DNA of 64,000 nucleotides, taken from positions 128,001 through 192,000 of the forward strand of contig BK006940.2 of assembly GCA_000146045.2 (NCBI GenBank). The letters are read 5' to 3'. The notes beneath the pieces were generated by a model, which was not told the origin of the DNA, did no database searches, and saw only the letters and a program-made list of their open reading frames with translations. Positions 44,537 to 55,130 of this stretch are shown piece after piece. The translations under genes were made by a program, and so were the position numbers. Every line of letters begins with the position of its first letter. Position 1 is the stretch's first letter. This DNA comes from TPA_inf: Saccharomyces (Eukaryota).

Positions 44537-45877
44537 TCATTCTTCTGTTTTGGTATCCTTCCCCTCTGGTTTCTCCTTCGCCTCATCCAAAGACTTTATA
44601 TCACTCCCAGGAAGATCGCTATCAGAACTACAGACTCTGTTAATATTTAAAAATTTTTCCTTTTCGGCAAGCACTGTGTTAACTAATTGTGCAAAAGCTT
44701 TGCTGGTTAACTCGGACTTCAACTTAGACTGTTCTTCTTCTGATAGCTTCTTGGATAGTTGACTGGTATCCGTTGCTTTCAATGGAGGAACTGAACCGTT
44801 TGCTTGACTTCCTTCGTCAAAATCTGAATCACTCTCTGTCTGTTCAAGATACAGATCTCTTAATTTCTGGATCTTCATGTTTAATCTGACTCTCTCAACA
44901 GAATTACGGAACTTTTGACGAGCATCCAATCCTTCCTTTAACCCAGGCAATAAATTGTGCGTCTTCAATTCGGTACAAATAATCCATGGATCTTCCAAGA
45001 GTTCTGCGGCGGTCGGTCTCTTTGAAGGATCCAAATTAAGAGCCTTCAAGATGAATTGTTTTGCTTTATTGGAAACGGAATCCCAATAAGGCCTATGAAA
45101 CTTCACTGGATACTCACCAGTTGTGCATTCGTCAAGGAAATCTTGAACCCTTTCGGCTCTAAACGCCGAATAACCGCAAAGCAAAGTATACGTAATGACA
45201 CCTATCGACCAAATGTCGCAAGGTTTACCATGACCGTCCTGAGTAAGTACCTCTGGAGCCACGTAACCCAGTGAGCCTGCCGGCTTATAGAGGAGTTCCT
45301 CATCACTTTTCAATCTCTTTGCGATACCAAAATCAGCAACTACCAGTGGAGATTCGTCACTTTTATCTATATACAGTAAATTTTCCGGTTTCAAGTCCCT
45401 ATGAACAATATTCTGAGAATGCATATATTTGACTGCGCTCAATATTTCAACCAAAATTCTCACTGCATCTTCCTCAGTGAACTTACCCTTCTTCAAAATC
45501 CTATCGAACAATTCACCCCCTTTGGCTAATTGCGTGATAATGTAGAACTTGTCTTTTGATTCAAACCAATCCTTAAATGCCACTATATTTGGATGATGCA
45601 GTCTTTGTAAAATGTCTAACTCGTCGTATAAAGCCTCTAGCTGAACCTTGTTTCCCTTTAGTGCTTTCTTGATCAGGATTTTAACGGCCACGTCCTCCCC
45701 TGTTTCAGTGTTTTTGGCTTGTCTCACCACACCAAATGTACCAGCACCTAATGTCTTCCCAAAAACATATTTTTTTTTATTCACGTACGAAGCAGGCTGC
45801 ACATGTGCCATTTTACCTTCAGAATCCTCCTCTGTTTGTTTTGGGGAGCTCTCCTTTTCTGAAACTTTGTCGTCCAT
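44537..45877 (-). CDS. CMK1: Calmodulin-dependent protein kinase I, 446 aa from [11 protein letters not shown]
   Basis: Ser/Thr kinase motifs (GAGTFGVV...[17 protein letters not shown]) followed by an autoinhibitory/CaM-binding segment. The track ORF is 12 codons longer. Confidence 0.92.
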
Positions 45878-46264
45878 AGTAATTGACTCGTTATTTTTTC
45901 TGGTGTCTTCCAATATTATATAATTGTGAGTTCTCTACGAGAATTGAAACCATTTATACTCTGGCTTGTAGTCGATGTGGCTTTCGTTCTTTTTATCCCC
46001 TGCGTAGGTAGCTCGGCTGCACCATTCTAAACGCGGGGGGAGTTTCTTTTTTTTTTTTTTTCAGCCTTTTCTTCGTAAGCAAAGTATCCCACGTAAAAGG
46101 TTCCTTATACTAACACATATGTACTGTAAAGGTAAAATTACTTCTATTTTTTCTACTGCTATTATTTCTATGTACTTATACAAGAATAACAGAACGTGCA
46201 ATACTAAAATTAATTTGATGCTCAGCTAAAAGAGTAAGATATGTTAGCAGAAGTTAAGATGGTT

Positions 46265-48391
46265 TTAATTATCCTCGTAGTATGCAGACGTATCGTTGTC
46301 ATCATCGTCATTGTCGATGGCTCCATTCGTGCTCAAATTAAAATAGTCATCTGCATTATTAGCATCTTGAAGGGTACCTAAATCGCCCGGAGTCATGTAA
46401 ACAGTACTATTGGACCTTACTTTGGGGGATCCGGGTACACTCAAAGGCCTGGCAATCTTGAATTTCTTGCCACCGGCAAGAGTATTCATATTGGCGTCAC
46501 TAATTGTTTCACCCACCAGTTGCTTGAACTGCTCTGGATAGGCCCTACGAAGACCCAACTGTCTAGCCTTAACGTATTCCAACCCCATTCTCTTCCAATC
46601 TAACAAGTCTGATAGTCTTTCGGTTCTGTTTCTTTGGTTGATTCTTTGTCTTCTGGTCTTGTTTACAAACTCTTCCATGTAGTCTGCTAATTGCTCGACA
46701 GATTCATCAGGGCTCTTGAAACGACGGTCTACAATATAAATACCATAGTCTTTCGCTTGGTCTGTTTCAATCAAGTCTTCCATGTAGGCACCGAACCCAG
46801 AAACGTTTGTTGTGATAGATGGGACACCCATGACGGTACATTCTGCTGGCGTGTACCCCCATGGTTCGTAATAGGATGGAAAAACACCCAAGTGACAGCC
46901 GCGAACAAACTCGTCATAATCCAAACCAAGGATAGGGTTATTGGCGTTTAAGAATTCAGGATGGAAAATCACTTTTACACGATCACTCGAATCATTGAAT
47001 AATCTAACATGTCTAATTTGGTTTAAAATTGGATCGTTAGCATCATCGCACATGTTATGTGTGACTACCGGAGGCAATTCCCCGTAAGGTCTTCTCAGCG
47101 CCAATACCCTTTTCTTCAGCAAAACCTTTTCAGAACTCTTCAACAGCTCATCTAAATTAGTGGGCAACTCTGATTCTAGGCCATTATGAGGGTATCTCAT
47201 CGTATGCTCGAAAATTCTCTTCCCAATGGATGCGGTGACCTCATTAACAGTATTTTCCAAAGATTTTACAATGGCTTGGCTTTTCAGTGCCTCCACAGTG
47301 AAGGAATTGGTTTTGGCAGGCATGATCAAAAACGCTACCACCGTCTTCTTGGATCCAGAAACCTTCAATCTGTAATTGAGACGAGCCAATGATTCAATGA
47401 ACATGTCAGCACCTTTGTTTTTGTATTCATATCTACCAGCGATAAAGAAATAAACTGTGTTGTCTAGATCGAAATCAAAACAACCATGGAAATGGCCTCT
47501 GACGAAATCATTAATTTTGTCCTTTTTCAGGGCATGCAGATTTTGAAATTCATGTACTGCTTGAAACTTAACAACGTTCAAACCATTGGGCAAAATGCCA
47601 TCCGGTTTCCTCTTCAACAAATGCTCCGCTTCTAATGCAGTGATTTGCGACACAGTCGTAAAAACATCGGCAGTATGAGCCGCAGCGCGCTCAATGCAGT
47701 ACCTATGATATATGCCTCTCTTACCAGCTTCTTGGTCCACATCAAAATACTGTAGATTGTTATAAAAATCTACATCACCAGCGGCACACAAGTATCTACC
47801 CAATAAAGTTGCGTGCGTGGTGAAAATCGTTACAACATCAATTCTTTTCTTTCTACACAATGGCAGGGCTACACCAGCTAGCCATTCATGGAAATGGCCA
47901 ATGATGGCATGGCTACTGTCCAGTTTTGAAACTTCTCCCAAAAACCACACAACAACATAACCCAACAATATGGCATCGTTTGTTTCGTGATCATGCTCTG
48001 GTGATGGAATTCCGACGAGAGACCATAGGTCAGCCTTCCATTCGTTCAAAAAGTGTCTTACAGAATCCAGCTCAAATAAAATGACACGTGGTGCTCCCTC
48101 AATCAACCAGTTACCGTAGACAAAGTTCACACCCTTTTCCCGCATGGACATCAAAGTTTTTTGGATCGGTAACAGCTCTTCAGGAAAGATACTTTCATCT
48201 TCCCAGTCAAGTTTTTCAACCTCACTTTCATAAGTCGCCTTGTTCAAAGGTCCAAGCAGCGTATAGTTGTCTCCGTATTGTGCCACAGTGACTGGAGCCT
48301 TGGACTTCAAGACAGAGTAAATACCACCAACCCTGTTAGTTACTTCTGTTGCTACTTCGAACAGTAGATGATTTTGTAAGTCACGAGCCAT
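46265..48391 (-). CDS. GSY1: Glycogen synthase (GT3 family), 708 aa from [13 protein letters not shown]
   Basis: Eukaryotic glycogen synthase signature regions ([17 protein letters not shown]-terminal Ser/Thr phospho-site cluster). The track ORF is 15 codons longer. Confidence 0.92.
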   Translation of the reverse strand: MARDLQNHLLFEVATEVTNRVGGIYSVLKSKAPVTVAQYGDNYTLLGPLNKATYESEVEKLDWEDESIFPEELLPIQKTLMSMREKGVNFVYGNWLIEGAPRVILFELDSVRHFLNEWKADLWSLVGIPSPEHDHETNDAILLGYVVVWFLGEVSKLDSSHAIIGHFHEWLAGVALPLCRKKRIDVVTIFTTHATLLGRYLCAAGDVDFYNNLQYFDVDQEAGKRGIYHRYCIERAAAHTADVFTTVSQITALEAEHLLKRKPDGILPNGLNVVKFQAVHEFQNLHALKKDKINDFVRGHFHGCFDFDLDNTVYFFIAGRYEYKNKGADMFIESLARLNYRLKVSGSKKTVVAFLIMPAKTNSFTVEALKSQAIVKSLENTVNEVTASIGKRIFEHTMRYPHNGLESELPTNLDELLKSSEKVLLKKRVLALRRPYGELPPVVTHNMCDDANDPILNQIRHVRLFNDSSDRVKVIFHPEFLNANNPILGLDYDEFVRGCHLGVFPSYYEPWGYTPAECTVMGVPSITTNVSGFGAYMEDLIETDQAKDYGIYIVDRRFKSPDESVEQLADYMEEFVNKTRRQRINQRNRTERLSDLLDWKRMGLEYVKARQLGLRRAYPEQFKQLVGETISDANMNTLAGGKKFKIARPLSVPGSPKVRSNSTVYMTPGDLGTLQDANNADDYFNLSTNGAIDNDDDDNDTSAYYEDN

Positions 48392-48718
48392 ACTTCGCTG
48401 TGATGCTGCGTCTGAGTTTATTTTCTTTTTCTTCACAGGTTTCCAGGCTGTGCTAACTAGTATATTTGGAGTTTAGATATATAGATATAAGTCAATGAAA
48501 AAAAAAGTGGAAGGTAATAAGAAGAACCGTTGCGGGAAGAAAAGAAGGAGTTTATGTTTATATACACCGGTGTAGGCTGTGCGTTGGTGTGAACACTTCC
48601 TGTTGCTGTTGCTGTTGAAGCCGTCTCCGCATGCAACTGTAGTCATACAGCCTCTTGTCTGCCCTTATTCAATTGACCAGCTAACAATAGCTTCGCTTTC
48701 TTTCTGAAAAATCCTCCA

Positions 48719-48723
48719 AGGGG
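48719..48723. promoter_or_regulatory. STRE-like AGGGG pentamer about 330 bp upstream of GSY1
   Basis: Single AGGGG/CCCCT in the GSY1 5' region. A short motif, so chance occurrence is plausible. Confidence 0.25.
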
Positions 48724-49041
48724 TATTACTTGTGGGGGGTTCCAGGAACCCATAGGCCGGGGCATGTTTCACGGGAAGTTCTGTGGCAGGAAATGGTCCC
48801 TGAGTAGCCGCGCAGGTGGCTTTTGCCTTTGCCGTACCGATCGGGAAATTGTGCCCCTGAAAGATTCCGTTTACGGCGCTTCTGTGCAACCTCTTTGGGC
48901 AAGCTTTGCTCCTGTCAATAGAGCAATTATTTGACAAGGTTTCTTTTACCTTGTTTTATGTGGGTTAAACGTGGGAGGAGAACTATAAATCACATGTGCT
49001 GTCAAGAGATTATGTTAGTTACGTAGCGCGCTTAAGCTTTC

Positions 49042-52000
49042 TTAAATAGTATCGTAAATGAGTTCCCGCAATTTGTAGTCTTCGTTAGCTTCTTCTATTT
49101 CTTCCCAGTTCCCGATTAAGTCATTGTGTCCTCTGACCACACCTGGAAGACTCCTACCCTTGCTGAAAGTCTTCCAAACTTTTCTCGCTTCATCATCTGT
49201 GCCAAGATCTCTGTAGGTGAACGGGATTCGGTTGGCCGTCAGGATTGTGCTTAAGCGATTTGTTCTGGGGATCATATGGAAACCGCCTCCGGCTAGTGAC
49301 GTGTATATATATACAGGTTCCTTTTCATTCAGCTTCCGGATCTCGCTAGTCGTTATTACGTCTTGTGGCTTGTCATTGTTTTTCTTGGATTGCTCAGTAG
49401 TTTGAGTTGTGGAGTCTTTCGCATCTAGTGATTGGAGTAGAGCGTTTAGTTCAGAATCATCAACAATTTTTAGTTGCTCTAAAAACTCATTCGTTTCGTC
49501 CAAAATATCTTTGAAGATGTCATCTGCACTTGCTTTCTTGGGATTTTCCCTTGTACTTTGATCTTCAAATCCATTTTCGTCATTGTTTGGGGCTTCTTTA
49601 CTGATTGACTCTGTTTCATTGAAGTCTAACTGGGATACCTCCTCTTCTTCTTGCTTAATTTCATTCTTTTCCTCCGTGATGTTTTCTTCCACTACAAGAT
49701 CAGGAAGAGAAGTTTCTTTCTCTGTTTCTTCTACTTCCAATTCCTTGTCTTCTCCTTTATTATCCTTTATATCTTGTTTTTCCAATTCTGGCAATTCGAC
49801 TGTCCTTTGAAATTCGTCTGAAATGTTGATATCGTCGATCTCTTGATCTCCGGTGACATCTTTGAGCGCCTCAGCAATCTTAGAATTTTCCATATTCTCG
49901 TCTTCTTTTGTCACGGCTTCCGCATCCTTTTTTGAAACTTCTGCCTCCGTACATGTTCCATCCTCTATTGGAGTCTCAGCAGGTTCCGAACATTTTGTTT
50001 CGATGTCTTCTTTTGAAGTTGCAGCAACTTCCACATCTTCATTTTCTTTATTCAGTTCAGCAGTGACTTCTGCCTCTTTTGGAGCGTCAAGATTTCCAAG
50101 CTCTGCCTTTACCTTGATAAATTCAGTTTTTTCGGAATTCTCCACTTCTGCATCTTCCTCGGTGTCAACTTCCACATCTTCATTTTCTTTATTCAGTTCA
50201 GCAGTGACTTCTGCCTCTTTTGGAGCGTCAAGATTTTCAAGCTCTGCCTTTACCTTGATAAATTCAGTTTTTTCGGAATTCTCCACTTCTGCATCTTCCT
50301 CGGTGTCCTTCTTGACAGATTCGCTGCTAGGTTCTATATATTTTTCGGCAGTTCCAACATCACTTGCTTTTGAATTTTCGCTCGCAGCCTCAGTAGCTTC
50401 ACCATGTTCATGATTTGTATCTTTGCCGGTGATTTTATCGCCTTCTTGTGTAATTTCAAAGCGTTTGGGTTTTTCTTCTTCTTTGAAACTAGTAGTAGAT
50501 CCTACATCTCCCATATCCTTTTGTGTAGTTTCAGCTTGTTCTGTTGAAATTTGAACGCGCTGGGATTTGGGATCTTCTTCTTCGGAATTCTCAATGGTTG
50601 TTGCAATTTCTGGCTTTACATCTTCATCGGGAACTCTAACATCTTCCTTTAGAACCTCAGGATCTCTTTCGTTGATTTGAAGATCTTCTGGTCTTCCGGA
50701 GGTACAACGCTTAACTACTTTTGGAGACTCAGGAGTCTTCGATTTCTCAACCTCTACACCTTCTGCACTTTCTCTTGCTGTTTCATCAACCTCTTTTTTT
50801 GCTTTCTCGTTGGAAAGCTCAGCAGTCCCCTCTTGCTTCTTTTTCATGTCTTCACTGATAGACTCAGCACCTCTCATTGCTATTTTATCATCTTTCATGG
50901 CCTTAACAGGTTCATCCAGCTTGACTTGTTCCCCTTCTTGATCTTCTTTGGCAACCTCGAGATCTTCAGGTATTATATTTTTTTCCACAGCCTCAACAAT
51001 CTCTACATCATCCCTAGGCGCGTCAGGTATATCGATTTCTCCGACAACTTCCGTAGGCTTGTTTTCCTGAGTAGGTGCTTCAGCTTCATCTTCAAGAACA
51101 AGGTTATCTTTAGAAATTTTTGCAGAGTTTGCGCTTCCCTCTATTTCAATAATGGAAGATTTTTCTCCCGCTTCTGACTGCTTTTCATCTCCCCCCATAA
51201 TTTCCTCTCCTTTTGATGTAGATTCTTCTTCGGTACCGGACACTTCATTATTTCTTACAGCTTCTTGCTCCCCGGTTACATTTTCTTTTTTAACTTTTGA
51301 AAAAGTCGAATTTTCTTCTTCTTCTTCTTCTTCTTCTTCTTCTTTTTCAACTTCTACAGATATATCGTTAGTACCGTGTTGTAGATTTTTTTCATTGTCA
51401 CTAATGCGCTTTGTTGGTCCCATCGTTTCGTCATCATAAGTCTCTCGCTCAGTTTCTGGAGGGATGATACTATCACTACCAGCTGCGTTAAAATTATGGC
51501 TCATGTTATTCTCATGATTAACAGATAATTCTTTCCTACATTTTTCGTCTTCTTTATCCTTCTGTTCAAAAACATGGTCTTCTTTCCCGATTTCTGTTTC
51601 TTTCTGATTTTTTGCAAGAACTGAAGGACTTATTCCGTCTCTATCACTTTCAGTCTGCTGCTTTTCCCCAGCTTTCAAATGTTTTGATTCGTTCTCTTTG
51701 AAATTAAACCCATTCTTAGTTAAACTTTCACTTTCAACATCCTTAGTAGACGCTTGCCCATTTTCATCACCTGCCTCCAAACCGTGCGGCTCTAGTTGGT
51801 GTTTAAAAGAAGCTGCATTTCCCTCATTAACATTTAAGATCTCATTCTCTTCTCGAGGTAAGGTATGTTCTGCCTTTTCCTCGTTGATATTGTTCTCGGA
51901 CTTTGAGGAAGTTTCGTCAACATTATCTTTGTTAGGCACATCTATGTCGAAGGTTTTGTCACTAGATTCATTTCTGGTTCTGATATCCATTTTTTCGACA

Positions 52001-52743
52001 TTAACAGGCTCATCTTGGACAATATTTACTTTGATATCCTCGTTCTTTGAACCATCTTCCTGTAGGTACTCTTCAATGCCTACTAGTATGGAATCTAAAG
52101 TTGACTGTTTTGACAAATCAGTAGTATCTGCAGGATTTGAAGAATTACGACCTCTTCTATTCGTGGTTTTTTTCTTTTTGTTTTTTTTTCTTCTCGTAAT
52201 TGGGCTATTGCCAACCTCAATTCCTGTGGATTCTTTGATTGGTGGTACATTTTCTGTGCCTTCCGCTACATTGTTAGTAGAAGTTTCTTTGATAACTACA
52301 TTGACGTCTATTGGGATCTGTGTGGGAGATTCTGTAGCGTCATTTATTGTATCTGTGGCTATCTCTATTACGTCGTCTTTTCTTTCCAAATCATGAGAGA
52401 TTGCATCCCGTGTGGAAGCTTCCTCGGTTTCACCAACAGAACTGGAAAGTTTTACAATAGTATCTCTGTCACGATTCGCCTTTATTTGTCCCTGGTTTTT
52501 CTTTTTATGACCTTTCAATTTAGAAGATTTCCTTTGAGATGATAATTCCTGTGCAAAATTCTCAGTGGCATTTATCGCTTCATCTAAGTCACTTTCTGTA
52601 AGTTGATCTCGACTTTCTATAATATCATTCGTACTTGGTAAGGGAAGATCTGTAGCAAGTGTCGAATACGAATCTCCAGCACTAGTTACCGATGGGGGTT
52701 GAACATTGTGTTCCTGATTTTCTACAGTCAAAGATTCTACCAT
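49042..52743 (-). CDS. AIP5: Large acidic, mostly disordered protein with a C-terminal glutaredoxin/SH3BGR-like thioredoxin-fold domain, 1233 aa
   Basis: Length and position match YFR016C. Glu/Asp/Lys-rich low-complexity body with a poly-Glu run, an internal 47-aa tandem repeat, and a C-terminal PVYIYTSLAGGGFHMIPRTNRLSTILTANRIPFTYRDLGTDDEARKVWK Grx-like fold without a CxxC. Confidence 0.8.
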   Translation of the reverse strand: MVESLTVENQEHNVQPPSVTSAGDSYSTLATDLPLPSTNDIIESRDQLTESDLDEAINATENFAQELSSQRKSSKLKGHKKKNQGQIKANRDRDTIVKLSSSVGETEEASTRDAISHDLERKDDVIEIATDTINDATESPTQIPIDVNVVIKETSTNNVAEGTENVPPIKESTGIEVGNSPITRRKKNKKKKTTNRRGRNSSNPADTTDLSKQSTLDSILVGIEEYLQEDGSKNEDIKVNIVQDEPVNVEKMDIRTRNESSDKTFDIDVPNKDNVDETSSKSENNINEEKAEHTLPREENEILNVNEGNAASFKHQLEPHGLEAGDENGQASTKDVESESLTKNGFNFKENESKHLKAGEKQQTESDRDGISPSVLAKNQKETEIGKEDHVFEQKDKEDEKCRKELSVNHENNMSHNFNAAGSDSIIPPETERETYDDETMGPTKRISDNEKNLQHGTNDISVEVEKEEEEEEEEEENSTFSKVKKENVTGEQEAVRNNEVSGTEEESTSKGEEIMGGDEKQSEAGEKSSIIEIEGSANSAKISKDNLVLEDEAEAPTQENKPTEVVGEIDIPDAPRDDVEIVEAVEKNIIPEDLEVAKEDQEGEQVKLDEPVKAMKDDKIAMRGAESISEDMKKKQEGTAELSNEKAKKEVDETARESAEGVEVEKSKTPESPKVVKRCTSGRPEDLQINERDPEVLKEDVRVPDEDVKPEIATTIENSEEEDPKSQRVQISTEQAETTQKDMGDVGSTTSFKEEEKPKRFEITQEGDKITGKDTNHEHGEATEAASENSKASDVGTAEKYIEPSSESVKKDTEEDAEVENSEKTEFIKVKAELENLDAPKEAEVTAELNKENEDVEVDTEEDAEVENSEKTEFIKVKAELGNLDAPKEAEVTAELNKENEDVEVAATSKEDIETKCSEPAETPIEDGTCTEAEVSKKDAEAVTKEDENMENSKIAEALKDVTGDQEIDDINISDEFQRTVELPELEKQDIKDNKGEDKELEVEETEKETSLPDLVVEENITEEKNEIKQEEEEVSQLDFNETESISKEAPNNDENGFEDQSTRENPKKASADDIFKDILDETNEFLEQLKIVDDSELNALLQSLDAKDSTTQTTEQSKKNNDKPQDVITTSEIRKLNEKEPVYIYTSLAGGGFHMIPRTNRLSTILTANRIPFTYRDLGTDDEARKVWKTFSKGRSLPGVVRGHNDLIGNWEEIEEANEDYKLRELIYDTI
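50024..50305 (-). repeat. 141-bp near-perfect tandem duplication (2 copies) inside YFR016C encoding a repeated 47-aa unit VDTEEDAEVENSEKTEFIKVKAEL(E/G)NLDAPKEAEVTAELNKENEDVE
   Basis: Period of 141 measured between identical CATTTTCTTTATTCAG landmarks at 50040 and 50181. One visible mismatch (GATTTCCAAG vs GATTTTCAAG). Confidence 0.9.
51314..51341 (-). repeat. (CTT)n / (GAA)n trinucleotide run encoding poly-Glu in YFR016C
   Basis: cttcttcttcttcttcttcttcttcttc on the plus strand, giving EEEEEEEEE in the protein. Confidence 0.9.
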
Positions 52744-52973
52744 GTCACTCTTTATTTAATCCAGAGTAATCAAGCACACCAGTACAATAATTGCTAACAG
52801 GTTTAAAAAGAGAAAGTGTTCTGGAATAAAACCACTTGCTTATATGCGAAGTGACTACGAAATATTAAGGGAAAATATACGACAATTTCGTGTTCAGAAA
52901 CTTAACAAATATTTTCATCTTGTCTGTTATATTCTCGGAAGCTTTAGGATAAATTTATCCTTAAAAAAAGGAC

Positions 52974-53044
52974 TGCGCAAGCCCGGAATCGAACCGGGGG
53001 CCCAACGATGGCAACGTTGGATTTTACCACTAAACCACTTGCGC
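52974..53044 (-). tRNA. tG(GCC)F2: tRNA-Gly (GCC), second copy, 71 nt
   Basis: The reverse complement is identical to the tG(GCC) at 34228-34298. Confidence 0.93.
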
Positions 53045-53369
53045 TTATTTCTTGGAAGTGTTCGTGTTCTAATAAGGTCACAACAGCTCCAACATTAACC
53101 AGAAATACCTGTAAATAGCCCCGCCACGAGGCAACAATTGTCTCTGTATTCTTATCTTTCTCAATAAGCACTTATTAGTTAGTTTACATCCGAGTTCTTG
53201 AGCACTCCCCACCTTTTTAGTAGGTCTGAAGTCTTGTTTACAACAGCGGGCACCTCAAGATTGAAAGGAGTTGAGAGTTAGAATATATAATTTTGAAATT
53301 AAATTTGAAAATGATGCGATTACCACCGGCAAGTATTCAAAACAAAATAAGACGAGGGAGCTTCATAAA

Positions 53370-53935
53370 AATTAGGTCGTATATGTTGAAATGAGAGGAT
53401 TTAGTACATTCTGTATTCATCATATTATAGCCTTTACCAACAATGAAACTCCAGTAATTATCAAATTATTCTCCCAATTCTCACCGAACATGCGGCAACG
53501 TTAGGTACGGATCGCGGAAAACACTTTATTTTGTGCAGAGGTACTGTCATGAATACTATGTCAATAAAAAAAGTATCGCATTATCACCACGCCTATATAA
53601 CATAATCTAAACTATTCGTGAGGGTACAGAAATCCATTGAAATGAATTGATAGTTCTACACGATATCGCTGTCATTTTATTGTACGTTTCAAGTTTTACT
53701 AAATAAAAATGACATCTGAAACAGATTAAGTTTTTTTGTAACTTGTGCCCGTTGAAATAGGAATTAACTGTTATAATTGACAATATTCATGTCAACACTA
53801 TATAGTAATATATAATAAAGAAGGTAACTTAAATGGCGATAGGCGGTCAACAAGTCTAGGGAATCAGAAATGCAAGAATGAATAACGTAATAGGATAGCG
53901 AAGGAACATATCAAAAACAAGGGAAAAAAAAATTG
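53370..53935 (+). repeat. Cluster of delta LTR fragments upstream of tG(GCC)F2: a delta 3' end at ~53370-53490 and a delta interior fragment at ~53850-53935
   Basis: TATTATAGCCTTTACCAACAATGaAAcTCCAgtAATTATCaAATTaTtCtCCcAaTTCTCA matches the delta 3' end. GAATCAGAAATGCAAGAATGAATAACGTAATAGGATAGCGAAGGAACATATCAAAAAC matches the delta interior. Confidence 0.55.
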
Positions 53936-54273
53936 GTTCTATATCTAGATATATCTAGAATTTTTGGACTGGTTTTATCTCAATTTCCACCTATCTTTAT
54001 GTATTATCTTTCGACCGTCTTATCTTTTAATATGGTGGCAGGAATACCAGTCAGACAATGATTGGATCTTGTCTCGGGTTGTTTGTTATCACGTAAGCAC
54101 CACAGTCCGCTCCGTAGGAAAAGAAAAATAGCCGCCGAGCCACGGGAGCAAATGAGTGAAGAATATGCGCAACGTTTTGGTACATATACAAAAAAATGTA
54201 GAAAAGAAGCTAAAGAGATTGACGTTACGTACATATGTATGAGTGGGTAGGTGTGGACGACACTAGGGAGGCT

Positions 54274-54861
54274 TTACTTCTCTCCAAACATGTGAAGCTG
54301 GTTATAGATGTCCTTCTTAAAGTCCTCGTACTTAAAAGACGACTTTCTACGCGTGCCCAACTGTGGAGGAGAGCCGTGTGGGACTCTTGCGCTGTTACCA
54401 TTGCTGTTGTTGTCAAGGTACGAGTTTTTGAAAATGGGTCTGTTGCCAGCACGAGAACAGATCGGTGTATGGGAGATGGAGTCACCCATATCCACGCCAG
54501 CGTGGCTCAGGTCAGAGTCGTTAGTGGTCCTGTATTGCATATTGTGGATAGTATTCTGGAAATCCATGGGTCCGCTACTCCTACGTTCGGCTCCCGGGGC
54601 GTGCTCCCCGATACTGCTTTCGCGTTCCCGGGCTTGTTCCCTGGAATTTAGTGCGTCCATATAATTGGTAGACCGCCGTCTAATCATGGGGACTGGCTTG
54701 TCTACGCTTTGAGCGGGAGCGCTTGGACCCGGGAGGTTGAATGTAGAAACACTAGGTGTTTCCTGTGCACAGGGCGGTTCGTCGATGTTGAGGAAGTCCT
54801 GTGATCTTTCAAATGTGGGTGACGTGCTCACTTGGGGCGTGTTCAAGTGGGGATCTGTCAT
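54274..54861 (-). CDS. IGD1: Small Ser/Pro-rich unstructured protein, 195 aa from MTDPHLNTPQV; inhibitor of glycogen debranching enzyme
   Basis: Length and position match YFR017C. The track ORF extends 34 codons upstream through a (TG)n-derived HTHTHT stretch. High GC content. Confidence 0.75.
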   Translation of the reverse strand: MTDPHLNTPQVSTSPTFERSQDFLNIDEPPCAQETPSVSTFNLPGPSAPAQSVDKPVPMIRRRSTNYMDALNSREQARERESSIGEHAPGAERRSSGPMDFQNTIHNMQYRTTNDSDLSHAGVDMGDSISHTPICSRAGNRPIFKNSYLDNNSNGNSARVPHGSPPQLGTRRKSSFKYEDFKKDIYNQLHMFGEK

Positions 54862-55130
54862 GAGGGTGAGTGTATGCGTGTGTGTGTGTGTTGCGTAGAT
54901 GTGTGATTTACTATGTGTTATGTAGCTGCTCTCATCGCTGCTGATAGTAGATCTCTCGCGCAAAAATTACTCAGGCAAACCTTTACTATACCTACATATA
55001 TATATATATATATGTATATGTATGTGTGCAAGCTTTTCAGAGTGGTGCACTGACATTGACCGGGCCACTCATTCCACCCCACATCCCCCAGATCAGGGGG
55101 AGATGTTAACGAAAGGAAACAGGGGATTTA

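Noticed and set aside
49853-52396. Several plus-strand ORFs (186, 166, 95 and 232 aa) antisense to YFR016C
   Set aside because: They are Ser/Phe-rich mirror frames of the GAA/GAT-rich acidic gene. The duplicated segment also appears in them, confirming they are artefacts of the sense-strand repeat.
54235-54664. 138-aa and 118-aa plus-strand ORFs overlapping IGD1
   Set aside because: The GC-rich island lowers stop-codon frequency. These are antisense to a recognised gene and have no features.
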